From an uncultured Verrucomicrobiae bacterium (GTDB taxonomy: Bacteria; Verrucomicrobiota; Verrucomicrobiia; Limisphaerales; UBA11358), in assembly GCA_963842445.1 (NCBI GenBank), contig CAWJHF010000009.1, positions 20,217 to 84,216 of the forward strand: DNA of 64,000 nt, given 5' to 3'. Positions within the stretch are counted from its first letter, which is position 1. Every line of letters starts with the position of its first letter. The notes below the pieces were generated by a model. That model searched no databases, had not been told where the DNA came from, and worked only from the letters and a program-made list of their open reading frames with translations. The position numbers were made by a program, and so were the translations under genes. Below are positions 1-9,468 of the stretch, piece by piece.

Positions 1-591
1 CCGCCGGAGCGCGTCTATGTAGTGCCCAACGGCGTCGAGGAGGTTTTTCTCAATTCGGCGCCCGCCGTGCGCGGCCCGTGGCTGGTCTGTTCTGCCACCC
101 TCACCGAACGCAAGCGCGTCATGGAATTGGCTGAAAGCGCTGTTCTGGCGCAAACCCCGCTTTGGATTATTGGCAAGGCCTACGCTGATGCCGATCCCTA
201 CGCACAAAAATTCCTGGCGTTGGTGCGGCAGCATCAGCAGGTCATTCGTTATGAAGGCGCAATTCAAGATCGCTGCCGGCTCGCGCAGATTTACCGCGAG
301 GCGCGCGGGTTCGTCCTCTTGAGCGCGATGGAGACCCGCAGTCTGGCCGCCGAGGAGGCCGCGGCGTGCGAATGTCCCCTCCTGTTAAGCGATCTGCCTT
401 GGGCCCGGAGCACGTTCGGGGAACACACCATGCACTGTCCCATCACTTCGCCGGAACGTACGGCGGAGTTTTTGAAAACATTTTACGCCGCCGCGCCCTC
501 GCTCAAGCCGCCGCCCAAGCCGGCGACGTGGAATGAAGTCGCCCGGCAGTTCAAAACCATTTACGAACGCGTGTTGAGGACTTCCCGGTAA
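1..591 (+). CDS. glycosyltransferase (GT4-like), C-terminal part; 5' end outside window
   Basis: Frame 1 is open from base 1 (PPERVYVVPNGV...). GT-B C-terminal domain with E-x7-E (ETRSLAAEE) and CPLLLSDLPW. Stop at 589-591. Confidence 0.75.
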   Translation, partial: PPERVYVVPNGVEEVFLNSAPAVRGPWLVCSATLTERKRVMELAESAVLAQTPLWIIGKAYADADPYAQKFLALVRQHQQVIRYEGAIQDRCRLAQIYREARGFVLLSAMETRSLAAEEAAACECPLLLSDLPWARSTFGEHTMHCPITSPERTAEFLKTFYAAAPSLKPPPKPATWNEVARQFKTIYERVLRTSR

Positions 592-1712
592 ATGTCCAAA
601 TGCCGTTTCGCCAGGGCCACTGGATGATAACGTTCCCGGATGATCGCGGCGGCGCCCACCGGCCGGGGATGCCCTTGTGCAATCCAGCGGGCGATGGCAG
701 CGGTCAATCCCGGCCAATCGTCCGGCGCAAAAAGTTCCGCGGCCGGCATGTTCTGCGCCGTGTCCACAATTCCCCCCACGCGCGCGCCGAAAAACTTCAA
801 CTCCCGTCCCAACCCCTCCAGTACTGCCATGGGGGCGGCATCTTCCGTGGGGAAATGGACCATGGCTGCCGCGGCATCATGGCAGCCAAGCAATTCGCGG
901 TCTCCCGGTGCGCCGCCATAGCGCGCATAGCCCGCCTCCTCCATTGGCTTTATCCGCCGCCGGAACGCCTCGGCGTAGGCCGCGCCGCCGGGATGAACGT
1001 AGCCGACAAAACGAAATTCAAACTTCAATCCCTGCTGGTAGAGCGCCTCGGCCACGTCCAACAATTCCAACTGCCGTTTCCGCGGCGAGATGACCCCCAC
1101 GTTCAGCAAAACGCAGGGACGCGCGCCGGGGTCCGGGGGCGGATCGAGAAAAGCCTGCCGGAGTGGGTGCGGCATCAGCCAGGTCTTCCGGGCACGGGGC
1201 CGGACCAGGTTCTCGGTGTAGGAGGAATTGCAAAAGACGCCCAGCGTGCGGGGCAGGGTGAAATTTTCCAGCCGCGCCGCCAGCCAGCCGTAACTCCCGA
1301 TGCGTGGGCGGTTCAAGCGCGCCAGTTCGGCCATGTTCCCCTGCATGGCCACCACATTGGGAAAACCGGAAAACACGGCGCTGATGGCGCAATCCCGTTC
1401 CGTCCCATCTCCCTGCACAATGTCCGGCCGGAGCTCGCGCAGCTTCCGGCGGACGGCGCGGATGCAACCTTGATAGCCGGTGCGCAACCAGCCGATTCTC
1501 GGCACGTGCAGGCTGTGAAACCAGATGTTATCCGCGAGTTTTTCCGGCGATTGCACAGGCTGCTGGAGGCACGAGACAACATGCAGCTCCACGTCGGGCA
1601 GGCGGGCAAAACCATCGAGGAGGGAAGCGGTGCCCCCGGGCAAAGTCGGCGTCGCCTCGGTGTAGTTGCGAAAATTCTCGCGGGCATCCCCGGCCAGGAG
1701 AGCAACTTTCAT
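561..1712 (-). CDS. glycosyltransferase, GT4-like (GT-B fold)
   Basis: ORF 561..1772. Likely start is MKVALLAG at 1712 (cat at 1710-1712). Two-domain GT-B layout; the C-terminal region ...MVHFPTEDAAPMAVLEGLG... is typical of Glycos_transf_1. Confidence 0.75.
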   Translation of the reverse strand: MKVALLAGDARENFRNYTEATPTLPGGTASLLDGFARLPDVELHVVSCLQQPVQSPEKLADNIWFHSLHVPRIGWLRTGYQGCIRAVRRKLRELRPDIVQGDGTERDCAISAVFSGFPNVVAMQGNMAELARLNRPRIGSYGWLAARLENFTLPRTLGVFCNSSYTENLVRPRARKTWLMPHPLRQAFLDPPPDPGARPCVLLNVGVISPRKRQLELLDVAEALYQQGLKFEFRFVGYVHPGGAAYAEAFRRRIKPMEEAGYARYGGAPGDRELLGCHDAAAAMVHFPTEDAAPMAVLEGLGRELKFFGARVGGIVDTAQNMPAAELFAPDDWPGLTAAIARWIAQGHPRPVGAAAIIRERYHPVALAKRHLDIYREVLNTRS

Positions 1713-1784
1713 TTCGGCGCATGCTACCGGGTTGGGAACCGGCGCGCAATGGAATTCAGTCCTGAGTGACACCTGTCCCTGCGA

Positions 1785-1985
1785 TTGTTCACGCGCCGAT
1801 TCAACCGTTGCACGCTTGGCTATTCAAAGAAGCTGGACAATCTCAAACACGCGGTTGCGCTGTTTGTGTGGTATTTCAACTTCGCCCGGAAAAACGGGGC
1901 GCACGGTTTCACGCCAGCCTTTGCCGCAGGAGTAGCCCCGAAAGAACCAATGACAATTAAGGAACTGCTTGAAAGCGCAATCTAA
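1785..1985 (+). pseudogene. relic C-terminus of a DDE transposase (IS1595/IS1-like)
   Basis: Isolated 66-codon ORF ...RCTLGYSKKLDNLKHAVALFVWYFNFARKNGAHGFTPAFAAGV... From memory it matches the extreme C-terminal motif (FSKK-x-ENH ... YNF-x-R-x-H ... TPA-x-AAG) of such transposases. No catalytic domain and no inverted repeats found. Confidence 0.5.
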
Positions 1986-2110
1986 CGGAGCATGGCGGAA
2001 AATTCGGTCGCCAGCCTGATTTGGCCATCCACTTGCCTGCTGGCAAGCCTTCACACCGGCTCGCGATTCCTCGCGGTAAATTTGTTGTCCCCTTCGCTTG
2101 TTTTGCGGTT

Positions 2111-3394
2111 TCAAACGCTCCTCTCGCGTTCACGCCTGATTCCACGCCAGAGGTAGAAGGCCAGGTACGCATTCGCCAGCAGGCAAACGCCGATGGAGAT
2201 CTCCGCCCGCAGCCACGCCACCCGCTCCAAAGTCAATGCCTCCGTCGGGGTATGAAATCCGATCAGAAAGAAGACAACCACCGCGCACGCCATGATGCTT
2301 CCGTAAACCAGATTGTGCCGTGTGACCGCGAACACAAAACCGGTTCCGCAATAACAGAAAGCAACCGAGGCGATGCACGCAATCTGGCCGGCGCGGATGC
2401 CGGCCACGTACTTTGGCAGCAGCCACGGGACAGCCACCGGCAGGCAGAAGTAAACCAGAACGGCGAGCGGCACCGCCGAGATTGAAATCAGCAGCAGGAA
2501 TCGTTTCACGGGGCCAACCAGGGAGGCAAGACTCTGCGAACGGCCGTAGGCGTGATTGGCCTTGGAGTAGTTGGCAATGGCGAGGGGCAGATAAACACTC
2601 TGGATGGCGGCGACGGCCAACCCGGCCAAAGCGTAGTGTCCGACAGCTTCTGTTCCCTTGACCCACGCCACCAGCGTCCGGTCCGCCACGGAAAAAACCG
2701 AGTACAAATAGCCAATGGCCAGGAGGGGAACGCCGATTTTGATGAGTTCAAGGATGGCCCGGAAATCCCAATGCCACGGTCTGGCATCGCCGGTCTTGAA
2801 CCCGAACATCATCCACGTGACCGCAGCAATCACGACCAGACGAACGCACTGTCCCGGCACCGCGAACTTCCAGACCAATGGCAGGAGCGCGAGCGTGACG
2901 AACGCGCCCAGGAATTGCGCCCAGGCGATCCAGCCGAAAGACTGACGGCCAGACAGAATGGCCCCCTGCAGGGCGCTGATTTGCGAAAGTGCCGCAATGG
3001 GAATCACCGCAATTGCCGCAAGAACCAGGGACGGGTCGCCGCTCGTTTTCCAGAAGAAGAGCACTTGCCCGACGGCCAGGATGGCCGCAATGGCGGCGGT
3101 GACGCGCGCCACGGAATATCCGGTTCTTGACAGCAGGGTGGCGGCTTCGGATTCCCCCTTGCCCAGGAGGTAAGGATAATGCCGGTTGAATCCGTTGAAT
3201 ACCCCGAGCGATAGAAAGCCCAGGTAGGTGACGAGCAATTGTGCCGTCTGGAAGGCGCCGAGTTGTTGCGGAGCCAGCAGTCGCGCGCTGACAAAACCGC
3301 CCAGAAAGGTGGCCGCCGCCAGAACGACATTGGAACTGGTGTAGAGCAGCGTTTCGGTGTGCCTTGCCAACCGGGATTTTAGCGCGCTGAACAT
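2111..3394 (-). CDS. oligosaccharide flippase (MOP/Wzx-type polysaccharide biosynthesis protein)
   Basis: 427 aa, hydrophobic throughout with many TM segments. PST-family style N-terminus MFSALKSRLARHTETLLYTSSNVV. Its start overlaps the upstream gene stop by 16 nt. Confidence 0.75.
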   Translation of the reverse strand: MFSALKSRLARHTETLLYTSSNVVLAAATFLGGFVSARLLAPQQLGAFQTAQLLVTYLGFLSLGVFNGFNRHYPYLLGKGESEAATLLSRTGYSVARVTAAIAAILAVGQVLFFWKTSGDPSLVLAAIAVIPIAALSQISALQGAILSGRQSFGWIAWAQFLGAFVTLALLPLVWKFAVPGQCVRLVVIAAVTWMMFGFKTGDARPWHWDFRAILELIKIGVPLLAIGYLYSVFSVADRTLVAWVKGTEAVGHYALAGLAVAAIQSVYLPLAIANYSKANHAYGRSQSLASLVGPVKRFLLLISISAVPLAVLVYFCLPVAVPWLLPKYVAGIRAGQIACIASVAFCYCGTGFVFAVTRHNLVYGSIMACAVVVFFLIGFHTPTEALTLERVAWLRAEISIGVCLLANAYLAFYLWRGIRRERERSV

Positions 3395-4662
3395 CGTGCT
3401 CCGGCGGGTTTGTTCAACTCCCTGTCAATGTCACGACAGATGCCTTCTTCGATTAACATCCGGTCGCCATCCGCATACTTCACCCAGAAAGGCGCCTCCT
3501 GCCAACCTTCATCAAACAGCGCGGCAGCAGCGGGACTCACATAGTGCGGGATCCCGAAACCAAGACCGGGGGGCAGGGAACATGAGCCTAACGAACACGC
3601 CGCCGCAAACTCTCCCGTCAATGCCAGCGCCTCCACCGGAATCCCATGGAGCGCCGGTGGAAGGATTTCGATCTCCCACGCCTTCTCCTGCTCCCTGAGA
3701 AAACGGGCGAGCCATTCCGCGGCGGAGCCATCGCTCCGGACATGGGCTTTGATGACAACGCGCTTCAAATCCGTCGCCTGCGACATCGTTTGAAGCAGCC
3801 GCAAATGGGCGAGGCCGTAGTTCCGGTTTTTCTCCCAGATTGGATGACGGTCGCATTCGGGAAGCAACAGCAGCAACGAACTGCCCCCGGCTCTGCTCTC
3901 CCTGTCCCGCAACAAATCACCCCAGGGCGGCAGTTGAAGCAGCCATTGGAAGGTCTCTGCCAATCCCGGGACTTTGACGACCTCGTTTGGCACATAATCA
4001 ATCCCGGTGCGGAACGTCAACACGCGGTCCACCCCCGTGAAAGGCAGGCAGACGGTGGTGGCTCCGGGCAGCAAATGGCCAAGAGCGCCGAGAACCAATC
4101 CGCCAGGACAAAAATGCTTTTTTTGTTGCGTAAACGTCCCGATCACCGTTCGCACAGACCGTCTCCGAACTACATAGGCATAATCTGTGGCATCCTGGCG
4201 GCGTGGATTGTCGAATCCATGTGGATAGAAAACCCGCGACTCCGCATGGCATGCCGCCAGAAATACGAGAACGTAGTCATGCAGTGCCGTGAAGTAAACA
4301 GCTTGCAGACGGGCACCAAATGACTTCAGGCCCATCCCAAAATGCGCCCGGCAGGCCGCATCCCACTGACTCCGGATGGACCGGGCGGCCTGCCACCGTT
4401 TGATAAAGGAACTCCACTCTTTCTTCCTGGGGACCTCTTCGGGAGCGGGCCGTTTAATTTCCAGTTCGACAAACCGCACCGTCGGGAACCGGCTGCGGGC
4501 AGCAGCAAGCAGCGGGTCCATGGTCACTGTTCCGTAGGAAATGTTGCGTTCGACAAACACAACCGCGTCACTGATTCCGAGCCCGGCCAGGCAGGTCAAC
4601 GCCGAAATGAGTTCGGCAGTGCTTCCAGCGAGAAACACAGCTTTCGGAACTTCATTTGCCAT
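3379..4662 (-). CDS. hypothetical protein; possible nonulosonic-acid (sialyl-type) transferase
   Basis: 427-aa ORF embedded in the operon with overlapping ends. N-terminus KAVFLAGSTAELISALTCLAG... and a later ...VVIKAHVRSDG... loosely recall polysialyltransferase/GT52-type layouts. The functional call is weak. Confidence 0.55.
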   Translation of the reverse strand: MANEVPKAVFLAGSTAELISALTCLAGLGISDAVVFVERNISYGTVTMDPLLAAARSRFPTVRFVELEIKRPAPEEVPRKKEWSSFIKRWQAARSIRSQWDAACRAHFGMGLKSFGARLQAVYFTALHDYVLVFLAACHAESRVFYPHGFDNPRRQDATDYAYVVRRRSVRTVIGTFTQQKKHFCPGGLVLGALGHLLPGATTVCLPFTGVDRVLTFRTGIDYVPNEVVKVPGLAETFQWLLQLPPWGDLLRDRESRAGGSSLLLLLPECDRHPIWEKNRNYGLAHLRLLQTMSQATDLKRVVIKAHVRSDGSAAEWLARFLREQEKAWEIEILPPALHGIPVEALALTGEFAAACSLGSCSLPPGLGFGIPHYVSPAAAALFDEGWQEAPFWVKYADGDRMLIEEGICRDIDRELNKPAGARCSAR

Positions 4663-4699
4663 GCGGCGAGGGTGGACGAAGAATGGACCAAAGGAAAGC

Positions 4700-5389
4700 C
4701 TACTGAATATCGCGGATGCACGCGAAGGCTTCGGCTGCCTTTAGACCCACAACACTGCCCCATCGCACTGCCTGGGCACGCAGAGCCTCGGGTGAACGGG
4801 GATGCGGGAAGGGCCGCGCCTCGCTCTCGTACGCCTGCATCGCACGTATCTTCAAATCGAGCGTGCTTGCGATGTCCACAAAAACATTCGGATGAAATAC
4901 CGGATTGAACTGTTGAAAGGCCCATTCCGAGGACGAAGCCACTTCATAAGCGTAAACCGACTTCACACAATGTCCTGCCATCGGGCGTGTTGCAGTCAGC
5001 GTCGCGCGAAAAGTCACCAAGTGGTCAATGTTGAGGTCACCGCCGTGCTGGGTGTAAACCGCTTCGGGCTTCAGGCGCTCTACCAACCCTTCGATGACCT
5101 TGACGACCTCCAGCATCGGTACACTGTCAAACCGGTTGTCGGGAAACTGGTGCATGAACAGGTCTTTGGCCCCAAGTAACTTTGCAACCTTTCGGCTTCT
5201 GCCATGTAAAGTTTGGACCAGCTTTTGATCAGCCTTTTCGCGCTGCGCGTATCGCGAGGTGATGCCTTCACCGAGGATTGTGATGAATACCTCGTGCCCC
5301 TCCTGCGCCAACCGGGTCATCGTGCCGCCGCAACCGAGAACCTCGTCGTCGGGATGGGCGGCAATTATAAGAATGCGTCTTTTTTTCAT
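4700..5389 (-). CDS. PIG-L/LmbE family deacetylase
   Basis: MKKRRILIIAAHPDDEVLGCGGT... is the canonical AHPDDE motif of the family. Confidence 0.85.
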   Translation of the reverse strand: MKKRRILIIAAHPDDEVLGCGGTMTRLAQEGHEVFITILGEGITSRYAQREKADQKLVQTLHGRSRKVAKLLGAKDLFMHQFPDNRFDSVPMLEVVKVIEGLVERLKPEAVYTQHGGDLNIDHLVTFRATLTATRPMAGHCVKSVYAYEVASSSEWAFQQFNPVFHPNVFVDIASTLDLKIRAMQAYESEARPFPHPRSPEALRAQAVRWGSVVGLKAAEAFACIRDIQ

Positions 5390-5404
5390 ATTTTTAGAAT
5401 GGAG

Positions 5405-6094
5405 CTATTGGCCGGAGAACAATACTTCACGGCTGCGCGGTCCGCAGTTGAAAAGTAGATCGATCGCCGCCATGTGAGACTCGAATCCGGGATACACCTG
5501 GGGATAACTTGGATGCTGATAGTCGTGGTAGGCAACCTTGATTCCAGCGGCGCGAAATGTCTCTTCGTGCAGGTAATCTCGCCCGAGCGGACCGGACAGG
5601 TAGGTCGTCGCTCCCACCTCCCGGCATAAGTTCAGCACCAATTCATCCTTCCGCCCCTCAGCTTTCATTTTCGAACTGAAGTTTAGCGGCGTTGGAATGC
5701 AGAAGGTTTGAAGCAAATAGGCCGTGATCTCCTGCACCAGATCGCCCAGACGGTCCCACGGTTTCTGATAAACCTGTTCAAAAAAGGGCGCATGTTCGGC
5801 AAAGTATGGAGCCTTCCGGTAGTTCGCGTGCAACGTACCCCAATGCTTGTCGGCCCAACGCTGTTCCTTCGCAATTTCCAGCTTATTGATGCTGAGATCA
5901 CCGAACTTTCCCTTGGTCGCCACCGGAACAGTCAGCCAGCACGGGCCATTGGGCGTGCGGACTTTGTTCCGGTTGGTGAAGCTGTTTTTCTCAAATTGGA
6001 CATGATCGAGCACGATGTGCAGGTCGCTGACGGCAATACGATGAAAATATCCCAGCCACGGGAGATACGCCGGTTGGTTTATCGAGACGATCAT
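5405..6094 (-). CDS. WbqC family protein
   Basis: N-terminus INQPAYLPWLGYFHRI... is the hallmark of WbqC-like proteins. 4-nt overlap with the upstream gene. Confidence 0.8.
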   Translation of the reverse strand: MIVSINQPAYLPWLGYFHRIAVSDLHIVLDHVQFEKNSFTNRNKVRTPNGPCWLTVPVATKGKFGDLSINKLEIAKEQRWADKHWGTLHANYRKAPYFAEHAPFFEQVYQKPWDRLGDLVQEITAYLLQTFCIPTPLNFSSKMKAEGRKDELVLNLCREVGATTYLSGPLGRDYLHEETFRAAGIKVAYHDYQHPSYPQVYPGFESHMAAIDLLFNCGPRSREVLFSGQ

Positions 6095-7236
6095 TGCAGG
6101 TGCTGTTCGCGATACAGGTAGATGGTGAAGTCATGTGGCATGTAATCGTGCCTCAACGTCACCCATGGCGTCAATGTTCGGCAAAACTCCAGTGTCGCAA
6201 GAGGGTCGGCATAGAATTCGCCTGCGTCCTGCTGTGAAGCCCAAAGACTCAGCGAGTTAAAGGCCAACGCCCGTCGGCAGAGTGCGAACATTGCCCGAAC
6301 CATGTCTCGAAGATACGCTGTGGGATTCTGCTGGCGGTGAGTGAACACGCCGCTGGCGAACACGAAATCATACTGTTGCTGGAGCAATCCTGGCTGAACT
6401 AGGAGATTCGCAACTTGAAACTTACCGTCAGGCATACGCCTTTTCGCCAGTTCGATCATTGCGGGCGTCATGTCGATCCCAGAATAATCCGCCTGGATTC
6501 TGGCGCGTTGAAGCCAAAGTAAAAAGTCCCCCAAACCGCATCCCACATCAAGCACCGTTGATCCCGCAAGCGGCCCCACCTCATTCAATACTTCAAAGCG
6601 CAGATACTGTGACTTCTGGCTGCCCCAATTCAGCGATCGCACGTCGATTCCGTGTTTTTTTGCCAACTGCGTATAAAGCCTGATGTTAGACTCGTCATCT
6701 TGCTGCCAAAGCGTCTTCAGCGGGTCGGTGTTCTCTCCGGAACATTGCGTTGAGGCTTCTGTCGAAAAGCAAAAAGCGCAGTGGCCCGCAGGACATGACG
6801 GATCTTCAAGTATCTCAATAAAGCCGGCTTTTCTGAACGCTTTTTGTGCAGCGGAATTGTCCCGGCGAACAAAGGCGAGAATTCGCTTGATTGCCCAAAT
6901 TCCAATTATTTCACAACAACCCAAGCGGACGGCTTCCACCCCGTAGCCCTTGCCGGTAAACCTCGCCAAGAGGTATATGGAAACCACAGCCTCAGCCTCT
7001 CCTTGACGATCGAAGCGGACCTGCCCGGCAGGCTCCTCATCGAGCAGAATAATGAACATCTTTCGCGTATTCTCTCGAAATGTAGCTCCGAACCATTTGG
7101 CATGTTCTTCCCAAGTGACTGCCCGCTGGGAGGAGCCGCGCGCCACAATGAACGGATCATTCCGCCAGCGAAACACAGTCGCCGCGTCCTCTGGAACCGC
7201 AGGCCTTAGTCTAAGCTGATGGGATGCCATTTTCAT
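6091..7236 (-). CDS. fusion protein: PseH-like GNAT N-acetyltransferase + class I SAM-dependent methyltransferase
   Basis: ORF 6091..7299; probable start at MKMASHQLRLRPA (7236). N-terminal half is GNAT (LRLRPAVPEDAATVFRWRNDP ... ARFTGKGYG). C-terminal half has SAM motif I (VLDVGCGLGDF). Confidence 0.75.
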   Translation of the reverse strand: MKMASHQLRLRPAVPEDAATVFRWRNDPFIVARGSSQRAVTWEEHAKWFGATFRENTRKMFIILLDEEPAGQVRFDRQGEAEAVVSIYLLARFTGKGYGVEAVRLGCCEIIGIWAIKRILAFVRRDNSAAQKAFRKAGFIEILEDPSCPAGHCAFCFSTEASTQCSGENTDPLKTLWQQDDESNIRLYTQLAKKHGIDVRSLNWGSQKSQYLRFEVLNEVGPLAGSTVLDVGCGLGDFLLWLQRARIQADYSGIDMTPAMIELAKRRMPDGKFQVANLLVQPGLLQQQYDFVFASGVFTHRQQNPTAYLRDMVRAMFALCRRALAFNSLSLWASQQDAGEFYADPLATLEFCRTLTPWVTLRHDYMPHDFTIYLYREQHLQ

Positions 7237-7365
7237 TGATCTTTTCGGCAACCACGCGCTAGTCGGCATGGATTGAGCAACCGCCGTTCTCTTCGCCAAC
7301 GAAAGAGGAGTTCTTCATCCGCAGCGCAAGCGGGACGAACTAAAAAGCTCGGATTGGGATTCATG

Positions 7366-8424
7366 TTAGGGCAATCCAAAGTCAGAGGGCTGTAAGTGCG
7401 TCCCCTTGCTCACCGGACGTAACAGCGGGCGTCCAAGGTATCTGCCCAGGTCTCGCGCCAGGATGCCCGTCCCCGGTCTTTGAAACCGAATTTGATTCGC
7501 AGTGACGACAGCCCCTTTGCTCAAGTCTTCAGACGCGACCGCACTCACTCGATATTCCAATCGCCCTTTCTTTTCCACATCTGCTGGAATGATTTCGGCA
7601 CGACCCAACCTCTGCTCGCCGTTGCGCACTTGAAGAACGAGGCTGGAAAATTCATCGGGCGTGCTGCTAAAATATTGATCCGGCCCTGGCAGGTTGTGAT
7701 CGAGTGTGAAATGTTTTTCAACCAGGCAGGCTCCCAGAGTAACAGCCTGGACAGCGGCATACCAACCTTCGGTATGATCTGAGAAACCAACCGGGACAGC
7801 GTATCGCTCACGCAAGGAGGCCATCCTCCTCAAGTTGACATCTTGATGCGGAGTCGGGTAGGCGCTTGTGCAGTGCAGCAGGATCAAGGGGCTGCTGCCT
7901 TTGCGAACCGCCCCGACCGCGTCATCAATGTCTTGTTGATCAGCCATGCCGGTGGAAACTATGATGGGCACCCCGGTCTTTCCCATGTGTTCAAGCAAGG
8001 GCAAATGAGTGAGGTAGTCTGAACCGTTCTTCAGCAATGGAACACCGATTTCGACGAGTTCTCTCACGCCTTCCTCCGAAGTGGGGGTCGAGAAGAAAAT
8101 AATGCCTCGATCATCACAGAATTTTTTTAACCTCTCCAACCAGTCGGCTTTCGGCTCACATCGCTTAAACATGTCCCATTGGGACTCCGTAACCTCACGC
8201 CCCTGACTCTTGTACGTGTAAGTCAAAGTACGGTCCGCAAGAAAATCCTCGGTGCGATAGTTCTGGAATTTCACACCATCCGCGCCTGCTTTGGCAGCCG
8301 CTTCGATCATTGTTGTCGCGAGTTCAAAGTCCCCGTTGTGGTTGATGCCGATTTCCGCGACCAGAAAGCAAGGCTGCCCGGTGCCAATCAGGCGATTGCC
8401 CACTCGAATTGCATTCATACGCAT
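7366..8424 (-). CDS. pseI: pseudaminic acid synthase / N-acetylneuraminate synthase family (NeuB)
   Basis: FLVAEIGINHNGDFELATTMIEAAAKAGADGVKFQ is the NeuB signature. C-terminal SAF-like domain present. Confidence 0.9.
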   Translation of the reverse strand: MRMNAIRVGNRLIGTGQPCFLVAEIGINHNGDFELATTMIEAAAKAGADGVKFQNYRTEDFLADRTLTYTYKSQGREVTESQWDMFKRCEPKADWLERLKKFCDDRGIIFFSTPTSEEGVRELVEIGVPLLKNGSDYLTHLPLLEHMGKTGVPIIVSTGMADQQDIDDAVGAVRKGSSPLILLHCTSAYPTPHQDVNLRRMASLRERYAVPVGFSDHTEGWYAAVQAVTLGACLVEKHFTLDHNLPGPDQYFSSTPDEFSSLVLQVRNGEQRLGRAEIIPADVEKKGRLEYRVSAVASEDLSKGAVVTANQIRFQRPGTGILARDLGRYLGRPLLRPVSKGTHLQPSDFGLP

Positions 8425-9458
8425 TTGTTCCTTAAAATCGCTGCCACGCGCGAAGCTCCGTAGCCATCCACCAGTCGAGCTCCCCGCTCGCTCATCGCGC
8501 GTCGGCCAGCCGGATCGCGGATCGCCCCGTCAAGGACCTCCAGCATGTGGCCAGCGGCAAGTGAAGTGTTCCAACCCAAATTGATTGCCGCGCCCTCCCT
8601 CTCCACACCGGCGGCAACAGCGCGCTGGTTGTCGGCCAACACCAATAGCACCATCGGCAGCCCCATCAAAGCCAATTCCCAGCATGTGCTTCCGCCGGCT
8701 GCGACCGCGAGGTCTGCCCACGCCATAAGTTCCGGCATCTCGCTCGTGTTGCCTATCAACTCAAACCTTCCAGGGGAAGAGTCTACCAGCTCCCGCAGAG
8801 ACTGCCCGTGGGGATTGGCGGCTCCAATGACGGCCCTCACTAGCAGGCCCGGAGTTTTGAGGGCAAGCAACGACTGAAGGATTTGCCGGGTGAGGTTGTC
8901 GGGATCGCTTCCTCCAAGGGTCACCAGAACATTGGCGGCGATATCGGGAACATTCCGTTTCCAGCCGCGCCACTTCCAGAATTCCCGCCGCAGCAGGGCG
9001 TAACGAGTTCCCAGGAGCAGTTGTGTGCCAGCAGGCCGGTTGGCGTACAAACTCTCGTCGGCAGACACGTTTTGATTCAGAACCAGGTCCGCCAGAAACA
9101 TCCCCGCGTAGCCGGCGTCATCAACGTAAAGCAGGTGCAGGCCGGCATCTTTGATGCCGCGCTGGAATTCAGTGTCAAAGTGATATCCATCCGCGACAAC
9201 CCACTTGGCTCCAAGTTGGCGCGCCATTGCCACCGTTTCGCGCGTGTCATCGCCGCTTCCCGGTTTTGAGCCAAGGTGCGTCACCGACATTCCATCAGCC
9301 TTCAGGCGTTCCTCAAGCAAGGGCGCGTCCACCGCGCTGAGAAACGTGGAATGCCCTCCAACTTCCCGCCAGGCCTGCGCCAAGGCCAGGCAGCGCATCA
9401 CGTGCCCCGTGCCAATGTGAGGGCTGGCATCCGCGCGGATGAGCAGAGGTTTGTTCAT
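8415..9458 (-). CDS. pseG: UDP-2,4-diacetamido-2,4,6-trideoxy-beta-L-altropyranose hydrolase
   Basis: ORF 8415..9527; start at MNKPLLIRADASPHIGTGHVMRCLALAQAW (9458), the typical PseG N-terminus. Confidence 0.8.
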   Translation of the reverse strand: MNKPLLIRADASPHIGTGHVMRCLALAQAWREVGGHSTFLSAVDAPLLEERLKADGMSVTHLGSKPGSGDDTRETVAMARQLGAKWVVADGYHFDTEFQRGIKDAGLHLLYVDDAGYAGMFLADLVLNQNVSADESLYANRPAGTQLLLGTRYALLRREFWKWRGWKRNVPDIAANVLVTLGGSDPDNLTRQILQSLLALKTPGLLVRAVIGAANPHGQSLRELVDSSPGRFELIGNTSEMPELMAWADLAVAAGGSTCWELALMGLPMVLLVLADNQRAVAAGVEREGAAINLGWNTSLAAGHMLEVLDGAIRDPAGRRAMSERGARLVDGYGASRVAAILRNKCV

Positions 9459-9468
9459 CGGGTCGCTC

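Noticed and set aside
600-1769. 389-aa plus-strand ORF
   Set aside because: It is entirely antisense to the GT4 gene 561..1712. Its R/G/A/P-rich composition is typical of shadow ORFs in GC-rich DNA, and it has no motif.
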